Positions 50,112 through 60,217 of a stretch of 64,000 nt of DNA are shown one piece after another (position 1 is the first letter of the stretch; each line of letters begins with the position of its first letter). Source of the stretch: Desulfobacterales bacterium (lineage in GTDB: Bacteria > Desulfobacterota > Desulfobacteria > Desulfobacterales > UBA5616); assembly GCA_046483495.1 (NCBI GenBank), contig JAWODC010000082.1, positions 20,482 to 84,481 on the forward strand. The letters run 5' to 3'. The notes beneath the pieces were generated by a model, which saw only the letters and a program-made list of their open reading frames with translations, did no database searches and was not told the origin of the DNA. Made by a program: the position numbers and the translations under genes.

Positions 50112-51776
50112 TTATTGCGGAAACGAGTATTGGGTGGTGAGCACGATCATGTCTTTTTCCTTGGCCAGCCCGTAAGGATAGGAATAATCGGAGCCGAATA
50201 GGGCGCTATATTGCAGTTTGAACGTCCACTTTCGGTTCATCCAGTCCGGATTGTACGTGATACTGGGCTGAACCAGGCCGCACTCCTCGGAATTGTAGAT
50301 GGCGGTCAACGCATAGGTGTACTTTCCGAAATTATAATTCGTGCTGCCGCTGAAAAACAGGGTGTGAAGATCCCGTGGGTATTCGATGAAGTAAGAAGGA
50401 ACCGCGGCCTTGTCCGTATCTTCCAGAAAGTACTCCAGTACATATTCAAAAATGAAAGAGAAGGCCTGGTTGGGGTTGATCTTTCGTATCATCATGTCCC
50501 TGTTGAACCCGAGCTGAACCTGCAGGAAATCTTTTTCGACGATTCCTGAGGGAACCGTTCTGTCCAAGGTATTGTACTCCCTGTTGGGCCTGTAAGCTGC
50601 GTCCATCCGGACAACACCGAAATCAAAATTTTTGTTGGTGTACAGGCCGTAGACTTGCTGCCGGGGGTATTTCGCTCGGATATCGTAAACCGTAAGTCCT
50701 GTCGGAAGCAAAAAAGACCGCTCGATCTCAAAAACAGGGCTCAACTCGTTGGCATCCCAGAAATAGAAACCCGCCTGCCATCCCATGATCGTGGAGGACG
50801 TTTTAAGTCCCCAACGTGCATCCTCCAAGGACGAATCCGGGTAGTCCGTTTCCAGGACATTTGGCGCACCGGTCAAGTAATTGCCGGCCGGTGAACCGGG
50901 ATAAAAAAAATCAGCAGGAAGCGCTGTATAGAAAGTGCGTCCAAAAGGCGCGCCGATTACAGGCAAACCTGGAACAACCGAAATCGGCAGGGCCACCGGA
51001 GCAATAGTCGGATCGAAAACAAATGTTGGAGCATTATAGTAATCCTCCTGGTGCTCCAGTGTTTCATGGTATCCTGCGAACCGGGGCCCCGGAATAAAAT
51101 TGCCGTCCACAAAAAAGTGGCCGATGTTCGACGGAGTGCGGTTCACCCGGTACCGGTCCGTCTGCAGGTAGGGCGAAAAAATCCAGTCGAGCGAAGTCCT
51201 GAGGCTGCGGAATTTGTGCAAACCCCGCACCATCCAGATGGGCATCCGGGTGTCCTCCAGGTTCGTGAATCCCAGCTCCCACCGGGAATCCACCGGATTG
51301 ATGACATCGCCGACACGCGCGCTGATGGATTCGCCCCAGTTGACGATCTGCCGTCCCACCCGCAGGTAGTGCCCTGAGGAAATCCGCCAGTCGAGGCGCA
51401 GCTCCCGGAAATCGAGATAGTTGTAGTAGTTTGCGGTAATACGTTTATCAGCGTCGAAGGCTTCTTCTTCACGGGCGTAATCCGGCTCCCAGATAGCCAG
51501 CACCTCGGCTTTCAGCCTCAAATCCCGTGTAAAGGCACCGTTTAAATTCAGACGAAACCAGTTTCGAAAGGTGGCAAGAGGATCATTGTCGAAGGTGTAG
51601 TCAAAGCTTTCCAGCCACACCCCCGAATTGTTTCTGACAAACCCGTCCAATTCCCAGGTGCCGTACCGCAGCCCCGCGGATTGCGCGCAAGGCGGGGCAG
51701 GCAAGGTGAGTACAAAAACAACCAGAATACCGGCAAGCACAAAAAAAGCAGGCGTAAACTTTTTTTTCAACATCAT
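50112..51776 (-). CDS. DUF1302-like outer-membrane beta-barrel protein
   Basis: Signal peptide; FRELRLDW, LRVGRQIVNWGES, DVINPVD, RMPIWMV; C-terminal TTQYSF. AGGAG at 51781-51785. Confidence 0.75.
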   Translation of the reverse strand: MMLKKKFTPAFFVLAGILVVFVLTLPAPPCAQSAGLRYGTWELDGFVRNNSGVWLESFDYTFDNDPLATFRNWFRLNLNGAFTRDLRLKAEVLAIWEPDYAREEEAFDADKRITANYYNYLDFRELRLDWRISSGHYLRVGRQIVNWGESISARVGDVINPVDSRWELGFTNLEDTRMPIWMVRGLHKFRSLRTSLDWIFSPYLQTDRYRVNRTPSNIGHFFVDGNFIPGPRFAGYHETLEHQEDYYNAPTFVFDPTIAPVALPISVVPGLPVIGAPFGRTFYTALPADFFYPGSPAGNYLTGAPNVLETDYPDSSLEDARWGLKTSSTIMGWQAGFYFWDANELSPVFEIERSFLLPTGLTVYDIRAKYPRQQVYGLYTNKNFDFGVVRMDAAYRPNREYNTLDRTVPSGIVEKDFLQVQLGFNRDMMIRKINPNQAFSFIFEYVLEYFLEDTDKAAVPSYFIEYPRDLHTLFFSGSTNYNFGKYTYALTAIYNSEECGLVQPSITYNPDWMNRKWTFKLQYSALFGSDYSYPYGLAKEKDMIVLTTQYSFPQ

Positions 51777-52512
51777 TTTTCTCCTTTTATCGATTCGATT
51801 GGAATCGGGTGAATGTTGGCAAAAAAAAAGACTTCTGCTCCGATTTCGTTCCCGCAATGGTGAAATACCCCAAAAACGTTTCTGATCACCTCCTTTCAAA
51901 ATGATGGGCATCATCTAAATACGAACGCGTCTGAACCCTGTTCGGTTTTGCCGGCGTTTACCGGTAAAAACCGGCACCCAGCAAACCCGGGTCGAATTGA
52001 TCCTTTTCGAAATCCGTGTTCATGCCGGCAGACCGTTACTCCCCCACCACCAAAAACAAGGCTCAACGATTCGACTGCACTGTTTAAAAATAAAAAAACG
52101 ACTCCTTTAAAAAATGTGACTTCTTACCCAACGAATGGCTTGTCTTCCTGAGAGCAGAAGGGCGCGGCGAAGAGGGGTGTGATGAGTCTGAAATCAACAG
52201 GTCCGCTTGTGCGTCATTTGAAATCAGGATGGGAAGACCGTAAATGGTTAACAGGAACGCCGATATACGGCGCATTTTTTTGCGTGCTCAAACTATCAGC
52301 ATAAATTATTTAAGTCAACAATTATTGTACATCATTCATTTTTTTCGTTTTATTAAATATTTTTGCTTTTTTTTGATTTTTTAAATCTGATACAAAGACT
52401 CGGGGGTGCTGTTTTCTTTGATTCAAGTGGCGCATGCGCTTCAAAAGCCGAATGACGCATTGATTAAAATGATCCAATGCGGTATCATAATGCCTGTGGA
52501 GGCGGCAATCGA

Positions 52513-53001
52513 ATGAGAGAAACCGATCGGTACAATATTATGAAAGAACTGCGGTTCGGATTTATCGGTGACTACCCGGTCGCCGGTATGGGAGAGCCAT
52601 GGGCCTCGAAAATCGCCGGCACCCACCGGCTGTTGAGGCAGGCCGGGATCGGCGCCATTTTGTGCCTGACCGAGGAAGATCTTTACGGTAGGCGGCATGT
52701 GTCGGCCGGATTTCGATATGGGCACATACCCGTGGAAGACACACGGCCTCCTGCACTGGAGGCGATGGAACAGGCCGTTTCGTTTATCGACCATTGCCTG
52801 GAAAACGGTACAGGCGTTGCCGTTCACTGCCTGGAAGGACGTGGACGCACCGGCACGGTACTCTGCGGGTGGCTGGGCATGCGGGAATCGCTGAATGCCG
52901 CAAACGCCGTTACCCGTATTCGGCGGCTTCGGCCCGAAACGGTTCTGACCCCGACCCAGAAGGACTTTCTCGTACAATTCCTCGACCGCAACAGCACGTA
53001 G
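52513..53001 (+). CDS. Dual-specificity protein phosphatase family protein
   Basis: HIPVED..PP, P-loop AVHCLEGRGRTG (CX5R), IRRLRP..TPTQ. Start uncertain. Confidence 0.88.
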   Translation: MRETDRYNIMKELRFGFIGDYPVAGMGEPWASKIAGTHRLLRQAGIGAILCLTEEDLYGRRHVSAGFRYGHIPVEDTRPPALEAMEQAVSFIDHCLENGTGVAVHCLEGRGRTGTVLCGWLGMRESLNAANAVTRIRRLRPETVLTPTQKDFLVQFLDRNST

Positions 53002-53089
53002 ACCCCTTAAACGGGTATTCCATTGAACTTGCACAAAAAAAGTTTTATGATTGTTTTGCAGTCCAAACAAAAGAAAGGCGCTTATCATC

Positions 53090-54202
53090 ATGAAAGTCGG
53101 ATTTATAGGATGGCGGGGAATGGTCGGCTCCGTCCTGATGAGGCGGATGTTGGAAGAAAATGATTTCAAGGGACTCGAGCCTGTTTTTGCGTCCACCTCG
53201 CAAGTCGGTCAGGCAGGTCCGGATATCGGGATCGCCATTCCGCCGCTGAAGGATGCATTTGACACTCGATTTCTTTCATCCCTGGATATCATTGTCACGT
53301 GCCAGGGCGGCGATTACACAAAGCAGGTTTTTCCCGAATTGAAAAAAGCCGGGTGGCGCGGATACTGGATCGATGCAGCATCGGCCCTCCGCATGGAGGA
53401 CGACAGCGTCATCGTGCTGGATCCGATTAACCGGGAGGTCATCGACAGGTCCCTGGATGCCGGAATTACGCAATTTATCGGCGGCAACTGTACGGTGAGC
53501 CTGATGCTCATGGCCGTTGGCGGACTCATTAAAGCCGGTCTCGTCGAGTGGATATCATCGATGACCTACCAGGCCGCATCCGGAGCCGGCGCCAAGCATA
53601 TGCGCGAGCTGGTCGCCCAGATGGCCTGTATCGGCACAGCTTCGGAAGAACTTCTACTCGATCACGCCGGTGCCATTTTAGACCTGGATGCCGCCGTAAC
53701 CGGCACCATCTGCGGCACTGATTTTCCGGTTGCCTGCTTCGGGGTGCCGCTTGCCGGCAGCGTCATTCCATGGATCGATACCGCCATGGAAAACGGGCAA
53801 AGCAGAGAGGAATGGAAAGGCATGGCGGAGACCAACAAAATTCTTCAGCTCGAGCCCCCGATCCCCGTTGACGGCATTTGCGTTCGCATCGGCGCCATGC
53901 GCTGCCACGCTCAGGCCCTGACCATGAAGTTGACAAAGGAAGTGCCGGTGGATGAACTGGCTCAAATGGTTGCATCCTCCAATCCATGGGTCAAGGTCAT
54001 CCCCAATAACCAGGAAGACACGATAAAAGAGCTCACACCGGCGCGTGTTTCCGGAACACTGGCGGTACCGGTTGGCCGTCTTCGGAAAATGACGATCGGC
54101 CCGGAATACATTGCCGCCTTCACCGTGGGCGATCAACTGCTCTGGGGCGCAGCCGAACCCCTCAGAAGAATTTTAAACATTATAATGGAGCACATCGCAT
54201 AG
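53090..54202 (+). CDS. asd: Aspartate-semialdehyde dehydrogenase
   Basis: MKVGFIGWRGMVGSVL, TCQGGDYT, WIDAASALRM, GGNCTVSLMLM, TYQAASGAGA, MRCH, FTVGDQLLWGAAEPLRR. Confidence 0.97.
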   Translation: MKVGFIGWRGMVGSVLMRRMLEENDFKGLEPVFASTSQVGQAGPDIGIAIPPLKDAFDTRFLSSLDIIVTCQGGDYTKQVFPELKKAGWRGYWIDAASALRMEDDSVIVLDPINREVIDRSLDAGITQFIGGNCTVSLMLMAVGGLIKAGLVEWISSMTYQAASGAGAKHMRELVAQMACIGTASEELLLDHAGAILDLDAAVTGTICGTDFPVACFGVPLAGSVIPWIDTAMENGQSREEWKGMAETNKILQLEPPIPVDGICVRIGAMRCHAQALTMKLTKEVPVDELAQMVASSNPWVKVIPNNQEDTIKELTPARVSGTLAVPVGRLRKMTIGPEYIAAFTVGDQLLWGAAEPLRRILNIIMEHIA

Positions 54203-54209
54203 CATCCGT

Positions 54210-55523
54210 ATGCCCGCTGCAAACGCGCAATACGTCACATCCGGCATCAGCCGGTTGGATGACCTCCTGGGAGGCGGCATCATTATCGGTGATAATGTCG
54301 TTTGGTATGACAGCGCCGGCAGTCTGGCCGAGGTGTTCTGTCTCAACCTGATCCGGGCTTCCCATAAACAAAACAGGCATACGATCTATGTGAGCTTCGA
54401 TCGAAGTCCGAAAAATCTGTTGGAAAAACTGGGCCCCCTGGCCGACAGCGCCTATTTAACCATCCTGGATTGCTTTACGTTCGGCAAGGGGGAGGGTGCG
54501 GAGGTATTTTTGAAATTCGATGCGCCGCAATCCCAAAAGGGCTCCTTCCGATTGCAAAAGGTCGAACATCCGTCGAATCCCGATCACGTCACGGAAACGG
54601 TATACAGACTTCATCAGACCATGGCAGAGGATGTCCGCCTCGTGTTCGAAAGCCTTACCGGTATGCAGGAGCTATGGGGGAGTGAAGAGCACATCCTGAA
54701 ATTTTATGCCCGGTCCTGCCCGCGGTTGTATGAACTCAACACCATCGCCTATTGGATGATCGAAAAAGAAGCCCACAGTCAGCGGTTAAAGGCCCACTTG
54801 AACAAAATCACCCAGGTCGCCATCGATCTCACCCTGAAAAGAGGAAAAACCAGCCTGACCGTTCTGAAGGCCGAAAGACGGGATATCGGCCTTTTAAATA
54901 AACCGGCCGTTTATTGGAGTCGGGGGATTTCCGTTCATTTCGATGCGGAAAATAAGACGACCGGCCCACTCAACTTGGGCTCCCGCCTTAAAGCATTTCG
55001 AACGGAAAAGAAGATATCACAGACGGAACTGGCCCGATTCGTTGGGGTAACCCCCAGCACCATTTCCCAGGTTGAAAACAGCCAGATCTACCCTTCTCTT
55101 CCGGCCCTGATGAAAATCGCACAAATACTGAATGTCGACATCGCCTCGTTTTTCAAAAGCAACTCTGAAGAGCAGGCGCCCGTTCTTTTTCCGGAATCGG
55201 AAGCAACAGATATTCATCTGCCGCACCTTCCCAAAGACGGCATTCGTTTAAAACGCTTGGTGGACTCTGATGTTGACGCAAAAACCGAGTCATACCTGAT
55301 TGAATTATCGCCCGAAACCAAGCTCTCCTCCCACTTTTTCATGCACAAGGGGGAAGAGGCCGGCTATTTGCTGTCCGGCGATCTGACCCTTCATCTGCAT
55401 ACGGGCGCAGTTCATGCAAAGCCCGGGGACTGGATTCATTTAACACACCAGGTGCCGGTTCAGTGGGAAAATCACGGCACTGAGCCGGCAAAGCTGTTAT
55501 GGATCAAAATCAATCTTCACTGA
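54210..55523 (+). CDS. RecA/KaiC-like domain + XRE HTH + cupin transcriptional regulator
   Basis: TSGISRLDDLLGGG..GDNVVW (KaiC/RAD55-like start, Walker A degenerate); LGSRLKAFR..ISQTELARFVGVTPSTISQVE (XRE); HKGEEAGYLLSG (cupin). Confidence 0.82.
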   Translation: MPAANAQYVTSGISRLDDLLGGGIIIGDNVVWYDSAGSLAEVFCLNLIRASHKQNRHTIYVSFDRSPKNLLEKLGPLADSAYLTILDCFTFGKGEGAEVFLKFDAPQSQKGSFRLQKVEHPSNPDHVTETVYRLHQTMAEDVRLVFESLTGMQELWGSEEHILKFYARSCPRLYELNTIAYWMIEKEAHSQRLKAHLNKITQVAIDLTLKRGKTSLTVLKAERRDIGLLNKPAVYWSRGISVHFDAENKTTGPLNLGSRLKAFRTEKKISQTELARFVGVTPSTISQVENSQIYPSLPALMKIAQILNVDIASFFKSNSEEQAPVLFPESEATDIHLPHLPKDGIRLKRLVDSDVDAKTESYLIELSPETKLSSHFFMHKGEEAGYLLSGDLTLHLHTGAVHAKPGDWIHLTHQVPVQWENHGTEPAKLLWIKINLH

Positions 55524-55724
55524 TTTCACCGCGCCGGGTGTTTTCCCCGGCCTGATGGTTCGAAACAAAAAGGCTCGCTGGAAAATCCCAACAAGCCTTT
55601 CCATCGGCGTAATCATTCAACGTCCGGCTCTCATTTCGGTCCCATTCCGTCTCGCTGCACCTGCCGAAGGGTCAAAACGCTCTGCCATGAACCCTGAACG
55701 TTGAAATAATACGTAAACCGGCGT

Positions 55725-57377
55725 TTATGAATTCAATATCTTCTTCGCAGTTTCATCATTGATTTCCGTCACCATGGGAATGCCGGTTTCAACAGCGGTT
55801 TCCCGGTTTCCTGAAAAAATATCCGTCCGGCTGATCTTATCGATGGAAAACTTCCGGGCGCCGGCCATCAACTGCTGCATGCCGCAGGACAGCTTGTCCA
55901 TCAATGTCCAGAAAGCGATCGCGCCGTAAGGAATTTTCTTCATTTCATCTTTGCCGATCTTTTTCTCGACATCGAAATAGGATGCAAAGATTTCTTCCGC
56001 TTTCGTGCCGATGCTCGAAACCGTTTTCGGCAGGTTATCCCAATTTCCGGCAACCCGCTCCTTTCGATCCGGGTTCAGGGCACCTTCGATATTGGACCCG
56101 ACAAATCCGGGAATCATAATGGCGCGTCCCATGCACACCATCTTCGTATACGGTGCGCCCAGCGCCATGGCTTTGAAAATGCTGTCCTCCAGCGCAAAAC
56201 CGCCGGCGAACGACATATCCACGACCTTCTGTCCCTTGGCCGCCAACATCGATGCATACTCATACGCCTTGGCATGGAGATAAATCGAGGGAACACCCCA
56301 GCTCTGCATCATGTTCCACGGGCTCATACCGGTGCCGCCGCCGGAACCGTCGATGGTCAGCAAGTCGCATTCAGCGTCCGTGGCAAACTTTATGGCCATG
56401 GCAAGCTCCGTCATTCCGTAGGATCCGGTTTTCAGGGAAATCCTTTCGAACCCTAAGCTTCTGAGGTATTCCACGCTTTCCATGAAGTCCGCCCTTACCT
56501 TATCCACGGTGTCCCATTGCGTTCCGCCCAGCCGGCTGTGCCTCGCAAACGAACGAATAGCCCCTTCTTTGAATGCCTGCTGCACTTCGGGCTGAAGGGG
56601 ATCGGGATCGACGATATACCCTCTTTTCTTCAAAAAGAGCGCATAATCCAAACTGGAAACCTGGATTTCACCGCCGATATCTTTGGCGCCCTGCCCCCAT
56701 TTCAATTCGATGATGCATTTGTTGCCGTACTTTTCAGCCACGAACTCCGCCACGCCGTTTCGGGTGTCCTCGACGTTCATTTGCACGATAATCGCCCCGT
56801 AGCCGTCATAATAACGCAAATAGGTGTCGATGCGCCGCTCCAGTTCGGGCGCTTTGGCGATCTTGCCTCTTTTCTCGGTTCCCGTTCCGATGATGGATTC
56901 CCGGTCGACCCCGACCACGTTTTCACCGATGACCACCGGAATGCCGCACAATGCACCACCGATCGCGAAGGAGTCCCAGTATTTCGCCGCGATAAACGTA
57001 GAACCTAGTGCACCGGTCATCAACGGTATACGGGCTTTTGTCTTGATCGTGTTGCCGAATTGCGTCTCGAGGCTGACATTGGGAAAAATGCAGTCGTCCG
57101 GATCATCGGACATCTTTTCGGTCATCCCATGGGCTCCATAGGCATAGCCCTGGATACGCAGGGAATTATACGACACGCCGACATGGGTGATATTGTCGGC
57201 ACCGGCCGTAACCATGCCGAAATCGCGCGGGTACAGCAGTTTACGCCCCAGGATACTGGACATGAAGGTTTCACATTTTCCCATGCAATCCGCACGGCAC
57301 AATGTACAAAGGCTGGATTCCGCGGGATTTCCCCTGTTGGCGGTCGCCAGAACGTCGTTTTGTTTTGAAAATCGCAT
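55725..57377 (-). CDS. FMN-binding glutamate synthase family protein (stand-alone)
   Basis: N-terminal CTLCRADCMGKC; TGALGS, VIGEN, IELKWGQGAKDIGGE, ISLKTG, TIDGSGGGTGMSP, AGGF, KAMALGA, MGRA. Confidence 0.88.
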   Translation of the reverse strand: MRFSKQNDVLATANRGNPAESSLCTLCRADCMGKCETFMSSILGRKLLYPRDFGMVTAGADNITHVGVSYNSLRIQGYAYGAHGMTEKMSDDPDDCIFPNVSLETQFGNTIKTKARIPLMTGALGSTFIAAKYWDSFAIGGALCGIPVVIGENVVGVDRESIIGTGTEKRGKIAKAPELERRIDTYLRYYDGYGAIIVQMNVEDTRNGVAEFVAEKYGNKCIIELKWGQGAKDIGGEIQVSSLDYALFLKKRGYIVDPDPLQPEVQQAFKEGAIRSFARHSRLGGTQWDTVDKVRADFMESVEYLRSLGFERISLKTGSYGMTELAMAIKFATDAECDLLTIDGSGGGTGMSPWNMMQSWGVPSIYLHAKAYEYASMLAAKGQKVVDMSFAGGFALEDSIFKAMALGAPYTKMVCMGRAIMIPGFVGSNIEGALNPDRKERVAGNWDNLPKTVSSIGTKAEEIFASYFDVEKKIGKDEMKKIPYGAIAFWTLMDKLSCGMQQLMAGARKFSIDKISRTDIFSGNRETAVETGIPMVTEINDETAKKILNS

Positions 57378-57409
57378 AATCCATCTCCTTATATTTTTTG
57401 GGATTCATC

Positions 57410-57447
57410 AAAAAAAAAGGCGCCACCCCCTTTTCAGGGATGACGCC
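57410..57447 (-). terminator. Intrinsic attenuator terminator in the leader of the glutamate-synthase-family gene
   Basis: Minus strand GGCGTCATCCC-TGAAAAG-GGGGTGGCGCC followed by a U-run, ending about 32 nt before the ATG. Confidence 0.85.
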
Positions 57448-57490
57448 ATTGTCTTTCTGAATATCTCGAATCCGTACGCCGTTGTACGGA
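57442..57490 (-). promoter_or_regulatory. ANTAR-binding dual-hairpin RNA element
   Basis: P1 TCCGTAC-AACGGC-GTACGGA (57490-57471) and P2 GAC-AATGGC-GTC (57453-57442). Both hexaloops have A1/G4, and P2 overlaps the 5' arm of the terminator. Confidence 0.88.
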
Positions 57491-57668
57491 ATTTATTTAT
57501 AATTCATTTTTACTTAATTCTATTCATACTTATTAGCCCTGCTAATAGTAAAAGTCAACAGAAAAAATTGCGCATCAGATGCCGCCTGTTCTTTGAAACG
57601 GTGAAATGGATGATTCGGGGTCTATCCTCACCCGCTGCATATTACGATTTCGTTTACCATCTTGGGAA

Positions 57669-58367
57669 TCAGAGTTCTTCGGAAAGCAGAATGGCTTCGG
57701 CAATGTATCGCATCGATTTCCGGGAATCCATGCTGCGTTTTTGTATCCAACGAAAAGCATCATCTCCGCTGAGATTCCTCCGACGCATCAGGACTTCCTT
57801 GGCGCGTTCGACCAGTTTTCGGGTTTCGAGCTCCTCTTCGATCACCTTTGTTTTCACCATCAATTCCGTATTCATTATAGCCATGGCCGCCTGGCCGGCG
57901 ACCGTCGTCGCCATGTGTATCTCGGTTTCGAGGAAATCATGAGGCACTGCGGTAAAGCAGTTTAAAACACCGATCACCGTCTCGTTTTTCACCTGCATCG
58001 GCACACCCAGCATGGAAACGAGGCCCAACTTTCTTGCCATCTCTTTTTCTTTAAAGCGAGGTTCTTTGAGAACATCTTTTACGATCAGGGGTTTGTTGTG
58101 AGTGGCGACATAGCCGACTACGCCTTCGTTCATATTCAGGGAGCGGTCTTTTAAATATTCCGGGTCGATGGCCTGCGTCGCCTTTAGCACCATCTTGGGG
58201 GGATTCTGATTTTCGTCAACGAGCCACAAGGAGCATATTTCAACACCCGTCACCTTGGCGGTCACCATCACGATCAGTTTGAGGATGTCCTCGAGATAAA
58301 GATCCGAGGTGATCGCACGGCTGATGTCCATCAGGCCCTTTATGTATTTTTCGTAATTCTCAGGCAC
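57669..58367 (-). CDS. GAF-ANTAR RNA-binding antitermination regulator
   Basis: GAF (EGVVGYVA..SMLGVPM..IGVLNCF) plus ANTAR (LETRKLVERAKEVLM..LSGDDAFRWIQKRSMDSRKSMRYIAEAI). Confidence 0.93.
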   Translation of the reverse strand: MPENYEKYIKGLMDISRAITSDLYLEDILKLIVMVTAKVTGVEICSLWLVDENQNPPKMVLKATQAIDPEYLKDRSLNMNEGVVGYVATHNKPLIVKDVLKEPRFKEKEMARKLGLVSMLGVPMQVKNETVIGVLNCFTAVPHDFLETEIHMATTVAGQAAMAIMNTELMVKTKVIEEELETRKLVERAKEVLMRRRNLSGDDAFRWIQKRSMDSRKSMRYIAEAILLSEEL

Positions 58368-58488
58368 AGCTCACCCGTTTATGCAGTTAAAAGAGATGGT
58401 AAAGTGTTACCATGCCTGTTTGGACGGGTCAAGAAATACCACGGCGGCGGTAAAATCAGGATGATGTGGTGGAGCGCAAATCATAAGG

Positions 58489-59192
58489 GGTGAACAGTGC
58501 GCTATTAAGTGGATCTAATCTTTATCCCCCCCATCCCGGCCTTCCCCCTCGTTGGGGTGAAGGGGACATGCTGCGAAATATCTAAGTTATGCCACTTTCC
58601 GTTTTTTAAACGATATGGTTCAAGCGGCTGCTTCGCGCCGCTGAATAGAAAAAACATACCGGAGATATATTTTGAAGCGTGAGCGAAGCAACGGCATTTT
58701 TATATACCTGTTTGAAAGGCCTTACGATCAGTGAACTCGCTGCGCACCGCCCCCCCTTCGCCCCGCACGGAAACAAACCGTGAGCAAAGCGAACGGCACT
58801 TTTATTTACTTGTTGAAAATCTTCGCATAACGATCAATGGACTCGCACCGGCCTTCCCCCTCGTTGGGGTGAAGGGGATCGCCGCTGATCGACAGATGGG
58901 TTCCGATGCACTTCATCCATCTTATACTCGCTCTTCATCGAAATCGAAATCGGGATCGGGATCGGGATCGTTTTTTCCTTTTTTTAATTTCGATACCGAT
59001 ACCGATACTGATTTCGATAAACAGCTGCATTATATCCTGGATGATGCGGCGAAGCCGCTGAGGGGATTACATTTAAAAAAGAGGCATTGGAGAAAAAAAC
59101 CATCCGGCGCATCATGTCCCCTTCCCCACTGGAGGGGGAAGGCCGGGATGGGGGGGATTAAGACCTCATCCGTTCACCGTTCACTGTTCACC
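58489..59192. repeat. Composite intergenic repeat mosaic (REP family B copies at 58526-58570, 58848-58878 and inverted 59113-59156; hexamer hairpin element 58890-59022)
   Basis: CCCCCATCCCGGCCTTCCCCCTC..GGGGTGAAGGGGA recurs; (ATCGAA/ATCGGG)n..(GATACC)n hairpin; outer inverted 11-mer GGTGAACAGTG / CACTGTTCACC. Confidence 0.75.
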
Positions 59193-59208
59193 AATCCCCG
59201 CTTATCAC

Positions 59209-60033
59209 TCACGACCGCATCTCAGCAGCCGCATTAGATATAACATTTCGTCCATCCTCGGTTTCCGCCGACAAGACAATCTTATTCCCTTTATTCCACA
59301 TGCGGGTGATGATTTTCTGACCCGGAAACACCACGTTCCGAAACCGGGCCTCGAACGTTTTCAGGTTGGAAGGCTCATTGTCCATAAATGTTTTCAGGAC
59401 CGCCCGGCACACGTAACCATAGGTGCAAAGCCCATGCAGAATAGGCCTGTCAAATCCGCCGAGCCTGGCGAAATCCGGATCGATGTGAAGCGGATTGACA
59501 TCTCCGGAAAGACGGTAAATCAAATTCTGGATCGGATACGTCCGGTCCTCCACAATCGCATCCGGCTCTCTTTCCGGGGGTACATTCCCCGGCGGCGGAC
59601 CTTTTTCTCCGCCGAACCCCCCTTCTCCCCGGACAAACAGGGAAAACATGTTTTTAAACAGCTCTTCGCCTTCTTCGGTCCTGGTGAGTGTCTCCAATAT
59701 ACAGACAGCGCCTGAACCCTTGTCCCATATCTGGGTGATTTTGCCCGTGGTAATCGTTCGGGCCTCTACCGGAATGTCGTGTTTGAGCATTTCGATCCGC
59801 TGTTCACCATGCAGCACCATCATCAAATTGGCGCCGATCGCCATAACCCCTTTTGCCATGGCATCGAATGGGCCGACAACGGCAAACGTGGGAAGCACCT
59901 TCAATTTGGGCTCGTAGGTAAAGTCAAGCTCCGTAGCGCCGATACCGATGTTGTATAAAGCCACATCCTTCCATGTGTAATTGTACACGGTGGGTTCGAG
60001 CTCCTGCCCGACAACATCCATATTCAAAGCCAT
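59209..60033 (-). CDS. MaoC-family double hot-dog (R)-specific enoyl-CoA hydratase
   Basis: ALYNIGIGA, LPTFAVV, LHGEQ, DKGSGA, RGEGGFGG, YRLSGDVNPLHIDP..GFDRPILHGLCTYG (hydratase-2 motif). Confidence 0.92.
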   Translation of the reverse strand: MALNMDVVGQELEPTVYNYTWKDVALYNIGIGATELDFTYEPKLKVLPTFAVVGPFDAMAKGVMAIGANLMMVLHGEQRIEMLKHDIPVEARTITTGKITQIWDKGSGAVCILETLTRTEEGEELFKNMFSLFVRGEGGFGGEKGPPPGNVPPEREPDAIVEDRTYPIQNLIYRLSGDVNPLHIDPDFARLGGFDRPILHGLCTYGYVCRAVLKTFMDNEPSNLKTFEARFRNVVFPGQKIITRMWNKGNKIVLSAETEDGRNVISNAAAEMRS

Positions 60034-60217
60034 TCCTGTTCTCCTTCATTTATTTAAGGCCGCAGGCGAAAATATGATAATGCACCCCTGCCCCGGCATC
60101 TTTTCACTCGTGTGTCGGCGCCCACCGGCTGGACAAAATCGTTAAGCCCGCCTGCAAATACAGGAATGGGGGACCTAAAATCCCCCATTCACCGGGTTCG
60201 ATCGGGAGAAAAACGTG

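Noticed and set aside
51884..51897. GATCACCTCCTTTC as a 16S rRNA 3' end
   Set aside because: Only 14 nt match; the upstream sequence is not rRNA-like.
58890..59022. Short periodic repeats as a CRISPR array
   Set aside because: Hexamer tandem units without unique spacers; no cas genes in the window.
58731..59237. 168-aa ORF, and ORFs at 63305-63698, with SKSKSGSG/DTDTD runs
   Set aside because: Translations of the repeat mosaic, not credible proteins.
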